DNA of 64,000 nt from Raillietiella orientalis (lineage: Eukaryota): assembly GCA_036172245.1 (NCBI GenBank), contig JAYWIR010000001.1, positions 5,022,001-5,086,000 on the forward strand, written 5' to 3'. Positions 62,901-64,000 of the stretch are shown here, piece after piece. The notes below the pieces were generated by a model, which worked only from the letters and a program-made list of their open reading frames with translations, was not told the DNA's origin and did no database searches. Position numbers and translations under genes: made by a program. Position 1 is the first letter of the stretch. Every line of letters begins with the position of its first letter.

Positions 62901-64000
62901 AGAGACGGCAGGTCGAGAACGAGAGGGAGGTGCAGGGGGCTTCCTAGTTGCCTGCCAAACGTCGGCAGCAGTCGGCTGTCGCCGGTATCCTTGCCTCGGC
63001 CGCTGCTGCAGGAGCGCGCGTCCACGATGCTTTTTGCACGATGGGACCAATTGTGCTGCCCGCTGCGGTGACGACGAGGGGGCAAGGCACGATTCCGATG
63101 CCGCGATATGCATAGCAAGGTCCGTCGGGATGTGGTGGGGAGAGGAGAGAGAGAGCGGGAATTGCGATCCGGATTCCGCCGTTGCCGCGGATACCACCAT
63201 GCATGGCAATGGTCGATGCTGTGGTGACTAAAATCATCCTCATTACATATCGGGGTTGCCGCTGTATGCAACGATCTCCTGACCGCACGACGAGCGCAGT
63301 CATCGCTGCTGCTCCATGTTGCCCTGGGCATTTCCAAGGCTTTTCATTCCTTGGCTCAGTCTGCGTCCATAGTCACTCCGTTTTATGCTATTTTATTTTT
63401 TTCCATTGTTGCCCCTCGCACTGTTGTTCGAGACCCCGCGATTCCTCTATTGTCGCTAGTACCCATGGCGACTGCGAACTGCGGCGACTCCGGAGAGCGG
63501 GAGTTGTCAGGTTAATGCCATTGTTGTTCGCCCAACGAACGCGGTCGCCGTCTGCTTTTTCCGCCGCTGTCGTCCTCTCTGCCGCCGTTCGCCTGAGATG
63601 TCGTCGCACATCCCTGCCGAGACGCGCGTCCGTCAACTGATTGGCCAAAGGGAAAGATTGGCCGACGAGAGGAAAATCCTGCCTCTTCTGAAAAGAAGGG
63701 GGAATGGGGAAGAAATCCTTTCTCTTCCAGGAAGGGGTTTCTCCCGGAACAAGCCCAGCCTTTCCCTTGGTCTCCAGAGCAGCCGGGAGAAAATCTCCCT
63801 CCTTTCTCTCCGCCCACGGCTTCCATCCCTCACCAGTCGCCTCCTTACCCCGCGGTGTCCGAGGACCTGTGGGTGGAGGGACCTGCAGGACCAGGAGAAT
63901 CTGTCTTTTGCTCCCCTGGTGCGCGCACCACTGGAGGCACTGAATGGTCTTCGACAGTGTGTCAGCACGCGCGTGCGCGGAGGGAGCGGCTTTCGCATCC

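Overview
Eukaryotic, non-genic DNA. It is probably animal: the U2 fragment resembles arthropod U2 and there is a mariner fossil (inference, host not identifiable). I found no intact protein-coding gene, rRNA, CRISPR array or prokaryotic operon. The ORF-track entries look like chance open frames in GC-rich or low-complexity DNA, or pieces of frameshifted transposon relics. The window is a transposable-element graveyard: heavily degraded non-LTR retrotransposon fragments (Tx1/L1-, CR1/L2-, RTE-, R1/I- and Penelope-like motifs), one mariner fragment, one probable gypsy RT fragment, microsatellites and pyrimidine tracts. Main highlights: (1) a 5'-truncated RLE-type (Utopia-like) retrotransposon 3' end fused to a U2 snRNA sequence that begins at U2 nt ~38; (2) a Tx1-like family whose 3' UTRs keep a two-hairpin structure with compensatory base changes, followed by a shared downstream motif; (3) a ~400-450 bp dispersed repeat of hairpin-like subunits in four co-oriented copies; (4) an essentially perfect 654-bp inverted repeat plus three short perfect hairpins. 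All protein-family calls come from manual motif recognition across frameshifts, not database searches, and fossil boundaries are approximate.
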